Assembly (NCBI RefSeq): GCF_011386835.1
Contig: NC_088794.1
Coordinates: 1,798,001-1,862,000 of the forward strand
From: Chrysemys picta bellii
Lineage: Eukaryota
DNA length: 64,000 nucleotides
Direction: 5' to 3'
This document shows, in pieces, positions 10,201-22,200 of this stretch (the first letter of the stretch is position 1; every line of letters begins with the position of its first letter). A program made the position numbers and the translations under genes. Under the pieces are notes generated by a model. It saw only the letters and a program-made list of their open reading frames with translations, ran no database searches and was not told where the DNA came from.

Positions 10201-13200
10201 GTGTCCTAGGTGAGGTACCTCTGTGGCCCCTGGCTTGCATGTGGACACCTGGCTTCTCTGAGCCTTTGCAGTAGAATTCCCACATCGGCCAGGAGTCACT
10301 AAACAGTCAAGTCGTCTACATAGGGCCTTGAGAAGGTCTGTGATCCCTGCAGCACCTCCTTGAGAAGCCTCTGGAAGGTGGCCCCCATATTAATTAACCC
10401 AGAAGGCATAACCCTAAACTCCTACAGGCCGGACTCCGCTCTGAAACCTGACTTTACCTGGGCAGCACCCTAAGGGAATTTGGCAATACACTCGAGTCAA
10501 AACCAGAGAGTTTCTGAATCTTGCACTCCCCGTTAGATCCAGCAGGTCCTGTATCGAGGGTGTGGGCTACGGGTCAGGTTGGGTGACTGTGCTCACCCTT
10601 CCAAAATCCACACACTAGCTCATGGGTTTAGGCCTTTTCGGTCCCTTCACCATTGGAGATGCCTGGGGCTTTTCAACTCAATCACCCCCACCTCCAGCGT
10701 GCGGTCCACCTCCTCCTGAATGCATCCTTGTGTCGCCCCTTTGGCACAGTTACCCACACACTCTGGGGCACCCACCCTTCCCTTCCATGGGCTCAATGCG
10801 TAACCCGGTTAATTTAGGCACCTACCCTTTCCCGTTGCTGGGGCTCGGGGTGAAAGGCACCCACCTTTACCCCATTCCTGGGGCTCGGGGCGAAAGGCGC
10901 CCACCCTTACCCCGTTCCTGGGGCTCAAGGCTTCATTGTACCGCAACGCTCTCCTGGCAACAGAAATTATTACGTGACCCCAGGAAGGGAGACCAAAGCG
11001 TGAGCCCAGCCGCCCGGCACAGGGGGGCCAAAGGGCTTCAGCCCCAGGTGGGGGGGTCTGTAACCTGAGCCCTGCTACCTGGGGCTGAAGCCCTCGAGCT
11101 CGGGCTTTGGCCCGGACCCCAGCAAGTCTAACACCAGCCCTGGGGACCCCATTAAATCAGGGTCGCAACCTGCTTTGGCGTCCCGACCCACGGGTTGAGA
11201 ACCGTACCTCACATGGCATGTTTTACATGCAGTATCACAGTTCTATCGAAATGATGAACGTGGGGGTCCAGGGCGCTCCCCCCGAGGTATATGTGTCACA
11301 CCAATCAGGCCCCACCACCTTAGCTGTCATGGACCCCCAGGTCCCGGCGCTCTCCGCTCCATGCGGCCCCTGGGAGTAACCCCCTTCAGTGTGACATCCT
11401 TCCGTGACCGCTGCTCTCTCTCTTTGGGGGTAGCCTCCTCGTGCCCCCCTTTTTAACACAATACACAACGCTAGCCACAAGACAGCACCAGCTTCATCAC
11501 CACAGTAGACCCATGGTATTCTGGGTTGCTTTTCAGCTGCGCCAGCTTTTCCTGAAGTTCTGAAAGACAAAAGGAATATTTTTCTACCCCCTTTAGGGGG
11601 TGGCAGATTATTGCTTAACATACCCCTTCCTTCTACAGATCTCCTTGCAGGCGGCAGGCAAACAGAGGAATTGCCCCCGTACTTTCCTGTGTTTTGTTCT
11701 ATAGGCAGGGGCATCATCCCACTGCTCAGTCATGAAATTCAGGCCTCAGTTTCCCTTTTTATACAGCAGAGCAGGTTGTAATGTTTCTCCGCTGTGCCAA
11801 GCTCTAGGTATGGATTCACAGGTAAGAGCTGAGACGCATTAGTCGCGTAAAGCTTTTTAACCTGCGGTGTGTTCCCAATAACCGTTTCTAGCAATAACCT
11901 CCTGTTACAGGTTTTTCCCCAAATCACACACATGATACATTGTTACCGGGTTACTCATTAACATTAACTGTATCCCAGCGTTTAACCTTAACAACAACAT
12001 TAGCATCAAATCTCTGACAAGTGGGTGTGGATAAGTATCTTGTTATACCGCGCCGTTTATTTAGACAATCTGTCTCTGAGGCCAGTGTGTTCAGTACCCT
12101 CTTGGAATCTGTCTAGGCTTTCATTTCATTCTGTCCTGGGGGTTGGGTACGTTTTGAAGGGACTGTTGCCTGCTACGGGTTAACCTGTCCCTCAGTATCA
12201 CGACTGACTTGTTTCCCACCTCCCTTTGCTGGAGGGTCAGAATGCTGGCCAGGTGCCTCCCTTAGCCGCACCCCCGGGGATGGGCAGTTCTCTCCTTCCC
12301 CATCAGCTCGGTAACTTGCATCAGCATGGACTCCACTGCCTGTTGCTTTTCCTTGGAGATTTTGAAAACTGAACTAAACAATTTCTAGCCACCTTCCATG
12401 GTTTCAGTAGTGAGGAACGGAACCATTTTAGCCATGACTTGTTGGCGTCTTTGACCTTTTTTCTCCCCCGGTATGCTGTTGGGCTGGCCTTTCTCCGCAG
12501 CCTCATTTAAAGTCCGGGTTGCACCTTGTTGTCTCTCTGGTTCTTTTAAAGCACGCAGCCATCTGAAAAAGAAACCCACCTGTCCCGGCTCCTTTTGGAG
12601 CCCGTGCAGGGTTTGAATTAAATAGCAGGTTTTGTTTACGTTTCTTTTGCCGCTTCTCCGGTATGCACTGCGTGTGTCATGGGAAAATGCACATTCTTGC
12701 CCTGCCTGAACTTGTAGAACATTGTATTAGCCAGACCCGTTTTTACAGATGGTGTAACTGTTTCGTTTGTGCTCACGGAGTTTTCATGGACCCTTATCAA
12801 AGGGACTGTCTGATTCCTCACAGCCACCTTACGGCTCAGTGTCCCTAACGTCGCTGCTGTGTGCACCTCACCCCGCTGGTGCTGCAGAGGGGCACCCCTT
12901 TCATTTCATTACTGCAGCTCTTAGCTGCTGTTTTGTTACCAAAATCCAGACTCTCTCCCCATTCTCCTGGTTCTGGCTGCCCCAGCCACATCCTCTGGTC
13001 CTTATTTAAAATGATATTAAACTTTATAGAGCATAGAAGTACCCAAAGGGTTAAATGCTAAATACCAAAGCCAAACCACACTGGTGTGTCTGTCAATTTT
13101 GCAGCTTTGAATGAGAGATTCAAATGGATTTTTAGTGGCATTGTTTAAAAAAACCAAAACCAATTCCATCTTAAACCTACAAAACAGGAACGTCGGTTTA

Positions 13201-16200
13201 GGTACGCACACACACGCACGCACACGCACGCACACACACGTTAACGGTCAATGGAAACCCCTTATGTTCTTTTAGTGATTGTGACTAAATGGTCCATAGT
13301 CAAATGACTGAAATCCGCTTGTCCCTCTGCCTGCAGTAGTTATTTACAATGGATTGTTCACAGACCATTTCCTTGGAAAAGGGCCCATTTGCCTTCAGAA
13401 TGGCTGCAAAGAAACCGAGAATTCTCTTCCTATCCCACTTCCCCTCTTTAACATTTCCACAAAGTTCAACTGCTTAATTCCCCCCCGCCCCCGCCAACTC
13501 TGCAGAGTTCTCCCTCTCTTTCCTTAAATCCCTCATCTCCCAAAGTGACACCTGCCTCACCCAGATATCACCATTCCACGGATCATCCCAGGAGTCTGTA
13601 TGGTGCCAGCATGTGCTCCTTTCACTCCTGTCACTATGCCCAGCGTGTTCTCCAGTCTCTCTCCATTGCCTGCCTGCTTGTCAGGGCCTGATCCTGCTGT
13701 TCTTGCAGAACCATCCCTCCCCTGGGCACGGGCCTCATCCCACTACCCATTTAGCAAGGAGGGTGGGTTCCTCAACTAGCCCCCAGCCCTCCTGGTCCCT
13801 TTTCTTCCTTCCCTTTCCCTCTTGTTGTTCTGGGGAGGTCATTCTGCCAGGAAGGTGGCAATTCTTTCTGACAGAAGGCACTGGTACTCTGCTGTTATTT
13901 ATTGTATTAGACTCTTATCAGCTCAGTCCCAAAGACCTTAGGCTGCCCGCATTCCCCACCAAATCGGTTACCTACACACTGCAGGGCACTCACCTTTACC
14001 CTGGGCTCAAGGCCTAACCCAGTTAATGTAGGCACCGCTGACGCTTTCCCAGTTCCTGGGGCTCTGGGCGAAAGGCACCTACCCTTACCCCCTGAGCCTA
14101 GGAACGGGGTAATCTTTTGCAGATTTGTGGGGCCTTTTACCAGGGAAAGAGCCTTACACAGTAATATCCTTAACCTCTGTTCATTAACAGTTACCAACAC
14201 AGAATGTACACGCGGAGTGTACAGTGCTCACCGCACCCTGGAGTTGGTTCCAGAAAACTTCCCTTTGGGCCCCAGTCTATACAGTGACACTTGGGTCCTG
14301 CTTAGCTGTGCCGTAACCAGTCGTAAACTGAGTGCTACAAAGCAGTGTTTTCCCCCATCCTAGCCCATTATGAAACAGTTCTTTACCCAATCAGACCCCA
14401 CCACATTAGCTGAGTTAAATCTTGCAAAATAAGTTACCTCACAGACAGAAACAATCAAAGAACCAGACAGAAACGCTACAGCTAAACAAGGGAGACGTGG
14501 GCGCCAGAAAGGCAAAAGACTGGAAGTAGAGATTTCACAATCCCAACTGTTGAGAAGTGGTTCCTTGCCAGACAGAACGCTGCCAAACAACGTTTTCTGT
14601 AACCAGCGTAAGCTCTGCTTCCTTCTCTGGTGACGCTGGGCACTGTGGGGACAGGAGCCTTCTGGGCAGCCCCGTAGGACATGGTTCGCATGCAGTGTAG
14701 AGGGAACGTGAGGACGGGACTTTCTGCCTCTTAGCTTGTGGCTGCTGTGACTTACTAAAGAAAAGGGCCTCAGACCTTACAGTCCGGCTTGCCCTGCTGT
14801 GGGGGGCAGGGCCCTGGCTCTCCTGTGGAGCGCACTGTGGGGTTAGTTACACCCTGCCTGTGGTATATCAAGGGGGCCAACATCTCCTGCTTACCCCCGC
14901 TGGCCAGATCCCTTAAAGGGGCAGTAAAGGCTCCCTCCCCAGCCCAACAGGTCAGGCTCTCCCCCGTCTCCTCTCATCCCATTGCCATGTACGGTTTGCA
15001 CAGCTGCCCTTCTGTGGCGTGTCCTTGCACCATGTGACCTATCGCCTCGAAAGATCCCTCCCAGCAATCCTGCATCTCGTTCTTCCTCACCGGGATCCAC
15101 ACTAGCACCACGAGGCCTGGCTGCAGCCTGCCTGACAGGCCGCGCTCTCCGGGACACCTGGCTCTTGGCAGGTTCTGATGCACCAGGTCCTTCATAGCCT
15201 TCACGTTCTCTTGAAAAGGCAGGACCGACTCCCCATGGGCCATCCTGTCTCCTCGGTGCTGCCTTCCCATGAGCCTCCCGTGAAACCTAGGAGTCCCCTC
15301 GCCTTTGTCCCACAAGGGAGATTGGCACTTGCGGCTGAGAGTCATTCCAGACAACGGGACAATCTCCCATCAGACCGTCAGAAAACAGGGCAGGCCCCCC
15401 AAGCTGGGGGTGTGCGTCTGTCATTAGATGTCACCAAGCCAGTGATAACTGTGCGCCCCTGGATCACTACGATTCCCATTGAGCCACAGACAGTCCCCGT
15501 AGGGACATCTTACCACCCAGACACACGGGACTTGGTGATACTGGTCGCTATACTAACCTCACATCCCATTAGCTCACTCCCAGCCCCAAAGGGTCAGTCA
15601 CTCACCCCAGAGACAGCGCTGGCAGCCGATTTCTCTAAGGGTTTATTAGCTCAGCAAAGGGAATGAGCTACTGAGAGGTTAAAGCAGGTAAAATACAGTA
15701 ACAGGTGAGCCCAGGTTTGTAAGTCCAAAGCAGTAGCATAGATGTGGTGATCTGGGAGTTTTCCATGCGTCTCTCAGGGATACGCAGAGTAACTTTGGGG
15801 ATCTTCCATGTGGAAGGCTTCCCTGTGAGTGGCCAAACAGTTTCAAGGAAAGATCCTTCATCTCCAATCCATCTTTTATGTCTTCTTTGCCCAGAAAGCT
15901 CATTGGCGGGTTCTGTACCCGCATGGGCCTTCCTTGGCTGGTGGTGCGTGAGGGATGCAGACTGTGTCTGTGAATTCCCACCGAGAACTCAATGGCCCTT
16001 GCTTTGAAGTTAGCAACCTTCTTCATTTACATTTCCAAGGCTCCAGTCGCGTTTGGTGGGTAAACGTCATTACCGGGCTAGACGCTGTGTACGTGGCAAT
16101 GGAATAGCCCACAACGAGCCCTCCTTTGTTTTCATGAAGTTCACCCGTCGAGTACATTCACATCTCAGTGCGAGCACACACTTTGGCTGTAGGGTTAATG

Positions 16201-19200
16201 AAGTACAGGGATATACATAATGTAATGGGTAGTAATCAACAGGTTTTGGATACGTGAAGACAATCGCATTCATGTTCCCTTTGCACTAGATGAACATTCG
16301 AGTGAATTCGTTCACTTAGCATTTCTTTGGTGGTCACACACAAGTGAATTGACCTGTTGCTCTGACCTGATATGGCCTGTCAGACACATCTCAAGGTTCC
16401 CCGTTCTCGATAAGGCATCTGCAACCATGTTCTCCTTTCCCTGGATATGAATTATGTCCCTGTCAAATTCCTCTAGGGCTAGACTCCAACGACATCATCT
16501 TGAATTGGTCCCCTTGGCTGGTGCAGCCCTGGCAAAGGGACGTGAGTGCTTCAAAGAGGACATCTTTTACTATGAACAGCCAGGCAGCAGCCTAGCACTC
16601 CTCCTCGATCACAGCGTAGCTTTCTTGAGTGGGGGTCAGCTTTTTACCTAGACTATCTCCTAGAGCTGGAAGGGACCCTGAAAGGTCATTGAGTCCAGCC
16701 CCCTGCCTTCACTAGCAGGACCAAGTACTGATTTTGCCCCAGATCCCTAAGTGGCTCTCTCAAGGATTGAACTCACAACCCTGGGTTTAATAGGCCAATG
16801 CTCAAACCACTGAGCTATCTCCCCCCCACACACACACTTTTTGCTTAAGTCGTCGTGGGGTGCCTGTTACCCCCTCCCATCTGGCAGCAGCGTTGCACCT
16901 AGCCTAGGGTTAGCAGCGTCCGTGCACAGCACGAAGAGCTCTCTGAATTCCGGGCTGACCAAAAATGCCTCTGTGGTATTGTGGAGCCTTTCTCACCGGC
17001 CTCCAGCCCCGCCACCCGCTCTGGCTTCCCCTCTTTTGTAAGGTCTGCTAGGGAGGCCACGGTGTCACTAAACCCCTTTGGCCAGACCAACCCAGGATTC
17101 GGCTTGGCTCGAGGGGCAGCCCACCTCCACATGGCCTCTACCTTTCGTGGGTCGGGGCGAACCGACCCACTGCCCAGCCTGTCCCCGAGCTGGGACACCA
17201 GTGCAGCCTCCAGCATGCGCTTGGAGACACAGGCACCATCTTTCCAAAGTGTTCGACCCCCGGCTCAGGCCCCGCCCCCATTCCAGCCCTTCCCCTAAGG
17301 CTTCGTCCCCGCCCTCCTTCTTTCCCTCCCCTGAGCACGCCATGCCCTCGCTCCTCCCCCCTCCCTCCCAGCCTCCTGCGAAACAGCTGTCTGCGGTGGG
17401 CGGGAGGCGCTGGAGGGGTGAGAGGGATCTGATAGGGGGCTGCCAGTGGGTGCTAAGCACCCACCATTTTTTCCCCATGAGTGCGCCAGCCCCGGAGCAC
17501 CCATGGAGTCGGCACCTATGCTTGGGGACCTTGACAGAGAGGTTGGCTTCCCTCAGCCTTTGTGACACGACTCCCCCGTGAGTCAAGTGGTCGTGCCAGG
17601 AGCAACTGAAAATAGCCAAGTCATCTACATAGACCCTGGCAAGTGTGTGTACCCTGCAGCACCTGGCTGAAAGGCAGCCCCCAAATGTATTAATCCAAAA
17701 GCCATAATCTTAAACTCCGAGAGTCCAGATGCTACGAGAAAAGCAGATTTTTCCTGGACATCAGCATCTAAGGGAATCTGCCAATACCCATGAGTCAAAT
17801 CCAGTGTGTTTCTGAACTTCGCACCCGGTACCTGGAGGTCCCGTAACTCCTCTGTTCAGGTGTGGGGTATGGGTCAGGCTGGGTATCGCGTTCAGATTCC
17901 TGTAATCCCCACACACAGTCTCGTGGTTTAGTCTTGTCTAGGACTAGGAGACGCCCAGGGGCTGTTTGACGTAATGATTACCTCCCACTCCCTGCAGGCT
18001 TTCCACCTCCTCCTGGAGGTGCTGCCGCACGTCCCATTTAGCCCAGGATGATCTGCCAGGCTCAAATAACCTGTAAGCTCTTGTCCCTTAAACCTGGCCG
18101 GTTGGCAAATCCCAGTCTGTGGTGCTCTGCGGGCCCACATTTCCTGCTTTGGGGCTGGAGTTAAACCCTCCCCCAACCCAGTGCTTTCCAGAGGGCCCCC
18201 CTCCCGATCAATTAAAGGGGCGGATAATATTTCCTCATCGCACAACAGATCACGTTCACAGCCATCTCCCTTTCCTGGTAAGCTTTTAACCCGTTGATAT
18301 GCGCTGTTTGAACAGCTCCTCTCCCCTTGGGCTCCCTTACCTCATATGTGACTTCATTCACTCTCTGTCACCTCAAAAAGTACTTCCCAGTAATCCCGCC
18401 TTTTGGTTTTCCTCACCGGCATCAGCATTCACACCAGATCACCGATACCAAGTGACCTTTCCTCAGCAGGCCGATCCTACCAAGCTTTCTGACTCGCCTG
18501 ACTTTTCTTAAGGTTCCAGCCACCTGCAAATTCTCCTTCACCGGCTGTCCTGTTTCCTCTGTACTGTGTTCCCAAGAGCTTCGAATCAAATCTAGGAGTC
18601 CCCTCACCTGCCTCCCATACAGAAGCAGGGGAGCAAAGCCAGTAGGTTCTTGGGGTTCACATCTGTACACATATAGAAGCAAACAGCATGTTGGGAATCA
18701 TTAGGAAAGGGATAAATAACAAGACAGAAAATATCATATTGCCTCTATATAAATCCATGATACACCCACATCTTGAACACTGTGTGCAGATCTTGTCGCT
18801 CCCTCTCAAAACAGATAGATTGGAATTGGAAAAAATTCAGAAACGGGCAACAAAAAATAATTAGGGGTGTGGAACAGCTTCCGCAGGAGGAGAGATTAAT
18901 AAGACTGGGACCGTTCAGCTTGGAAAAGAGATGATTAAGGGGGGATATGTTGGGAGCTATAAAATCATAACTGGTGTGGAGAAAGTAGACAAGGAAGTGT
19001 TATTTACTCCTTCTCATAACACAAGAACTAGGGGTCTTCAAATGACATTAGTCAGCAGCAGGTTTAAAACAAACACAAGGAAGTATTTCCACAACGCACA
19101 GTCAGCCTGTGGAACTCCTTGCCAGAGGATGTTGTGAAGGCCAAGACTATAACAGGCTTCAAAAAAGAACTAGAGAAGTTCATGGAGGATAGGTCTTTCA

Positions 19201-22200
19201 GTGGCTATTAGCCAGGCTGGTCAGGGATGGTGTCCCTAGCCTCTGTTTGCCAGAAGCTGGGAATGGGCGACAGGGGATGGATCACTTGATGATTCCCTGT
19301 TCTGTTCATTCCCCCTGGAGCACCTGGCACTGGCCACTGTCGGAAGACAGGACACTGGGCTAGATGGACCTTTGGTCTGACCCAGTCTGGCCGTTCTTAA
19401 GAAACAGGAACAAAATGTCCCAGTTGTTCTCCTCCTGGAAACATACGTTCTTCGCATAGCTTTCAAAATTCCATTAAATCCTTCCATAAGTCCCTTCATT
19501 TCGGGGTGGTAGGGAGCAGCCTTTATATGTTTCACTCCATGCAATTCCCATAACTTTTTAAAGACAACAGACATAAAGTTTGCACCACGGCCTGTCAGGA
19601 ATGCTCTGGGAAAATCTGCTCTGCTGAAAATGGTAAATAAAGCTGTAGCCCCAGTTTCAGCTTCACTCTTAGACACTTCAGTGCCTTCAGGATTCCTGGT
19701 GGCAAAATCCACCACACCAAGTATATATTTCTTTCCACCCCTGGAAGGTTTAGTGAGAGATCCCACAATATCGACAGACCTTGTGGGAAACCCCTTCTTA
19801 ATAATGGGCGAAGGCTGCCGTGGTGCTTTGCACGGTCCCCTTAAGCCCTTACGCTTCTGACACAAATCACAGCTTTTGCAATAATCTTTCACTGTCTGAA
19901 ACATAGGAGGCCAGTAGAAATCCCTTAGCCTGTCACAGGTTTTCTCCACTCCTAACTGTCCCACGAATGGGCCGTCATGGGCTACCTGAAGCAATTCTCT
20001 CCTGTATCATTCCAGCACAACTGTTTGCTTGCAGATTTCACCAGGACGCCTTTTCTTCCCTGTAGGAGCTTCCCTAAACAATACATCTTGCATAAGAAAC
20101 CTCCCCCTTCCTTCCCCAGCCGGGGTGCCACTCTGAGCTGCAGCCTGCTCTTGTTCCAGAGAAGGATCAGATTGCTGGGCAGATAGAAAATCTTTTTGTG
20201 TTTTCACTTAAGCCCCGAGCAGATTCTGGCACAACACAAGAATTTCCTGCCTCAGCTGGCGAGCTGCTGTTCTCAACAGAAAAAGGCTTGAGGGCACTTC
20301 CCTCCCCTTGACAGCCTTCCCCACTGCTCACAGACAAAGCAGGTGTATCGACCCACGCTTTCCCTGGGACCTGCTTAGACAGGGCTACAGTGTTCTTACC
20401 TATTCAAATATCAGCTGGCAGCAAATTCCTAATGCCGGCCACAACGTCACCCTTAAAACCTTCCCCCTCATGGTGGACTTTAACCAGAGGCACAGTCACA
20501 GAAAATGCAGCCAAAGCCAAAATATTCAGACTTTTGCCTGGCTGTCTGTCCTCCTCCCTCACAAAACTGTCCTTAACCAAAGTAACTTGGGAGGCCGTGT
20601 CCCTCCGCCCAGCACACTCAATGCCATTCACTCTTGCACTCTTAATAAACTCCTCACTACCGTCCCCAGACTCAGTCCCAATACAGGTTATGAGGCCGTT
20701 CTCTTCCACCACAACTTCCTCTGGGATCTAGGGGGCAGCATTAGCGCTCACAGTGGGAGCTCTGGCATGTACAGCGGGGGCTGTGGGTGCAGATTGTGGG
20801 ATGACCTTAAGTTCTGGGCACTTTGGTTTTCTATGCCCAAGAGCCCCACAGAGATGGCAGAGCCTGCCTTCCCTTAGTGTAAGCGGCTTTAAAATCTGGG
20901 CTCCCTGGAGGTTTTTTAACAAAGTTGGAGTTAGGTTTCTCCTAGATCCCTCATTTTGACCTGGGGAAACCCTTCTCCTGGGGGTTGCGCCTCTCCTGAG
21001 TCCTTGACTCAACTTATTCATCAGCAATATCTGCTGCCTCCAAAACGGTGGGAGGTTTTTGTCACAGGCGGCGCCGCTTTTACCTCATCAGTGACTACCC
21101 GCAAGAACTGCTCGTGTGCCATCAAATCAAGCCACGTGTCAAAGGGACCATCCGCCCTGCCCCAGTTATCCATATTGTCACATAACTGCGCAGCGTAGGC
21201 ACTTACGCCAATTGAGTGATACTGGCAGACAGTTTAAGATTTCTGATGATGGGGCAATCACTCGTTACCGAGGATGATCATCTTCCATGGGAACTATGGG
21301 TCCTCATGTGGCCAATCCTTGAACCACAAGTTCTGTTGCAAGGAGGGCAGATGTTTTCAGGCTCAGCAAGAGGCTGTTGACCATGACTGGAGACCAGTCT
21401 CCCCTTCCTCCTCTTATCCTCTTCGGCTTGTCGGCGAGCAAGTCCAAACTGCAGGGGACCATCACGTAGGACTTCACTCCATTTTAAGTGATCCTGGGCA
21501 AGTGTCTCCCAAGTGTCAGTGTTTTAGGTTGTCTTCAGCAAGTCCTTATAACGCTTCCGTTGTCCACCCACGTTACGGTACCCTTCTTTCAGCGGAGAGA
21601 ACAGGACCTGTTTTGGGAGGCGATGGTCTGGCATCCGGACAACGTGAGTAGTCCAGCAGACTTGCTGACTGATGATCATTGCCTCGATACTGGTGGTCTG
21701 TGCCTCTTCCAGAACACTAATATTGGTGCGCCTGTCTTCCCATTTGATCTTCAGAATCTTACGAAGGCAGCGTTGGTGGTGCCTCTCAAGGACGTTCAAG
21801 TGGTGTCTGTAGGTTGTCCAAGTTTCGGACCCATACAACAGTTTTGGGAGAATAATGGCTTAATAAACGAGAAGCTTGGTGTCTGTTTGAATGTCACGAT
21901 CTTCAAAAACCCTGAAAAAAGCTACACTGGCACAGCTCAGGCGACGTTGAATTTCTGCATCAATATCTGTCTTGGATGAAAGAGGACTTCCACGGGAGAG
22001 GAAATGATTGACGTTCTCCAGTGCCACTCCAGTGATTTTGATAGATGGAGCATGTAATACCTCATTTGGAGAGGGCTGATAGAGCACTTTAGTCTTCTTG
22101 ATGTTAAGAGTGAAACCAAGACATGCGTAAGCATCGGCAAACACATTCAAGATAGTTTGAAGATCTTTCTCAGAGTGGGCAAAGATTGTGATGTCATCAG

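Noticed and set aside
16770-16825. tRNA-like sequence with A and B boxes
   Set aside because: It is the head of a SINE fused to a CR1 tail with a TSD, not a tRNA gene
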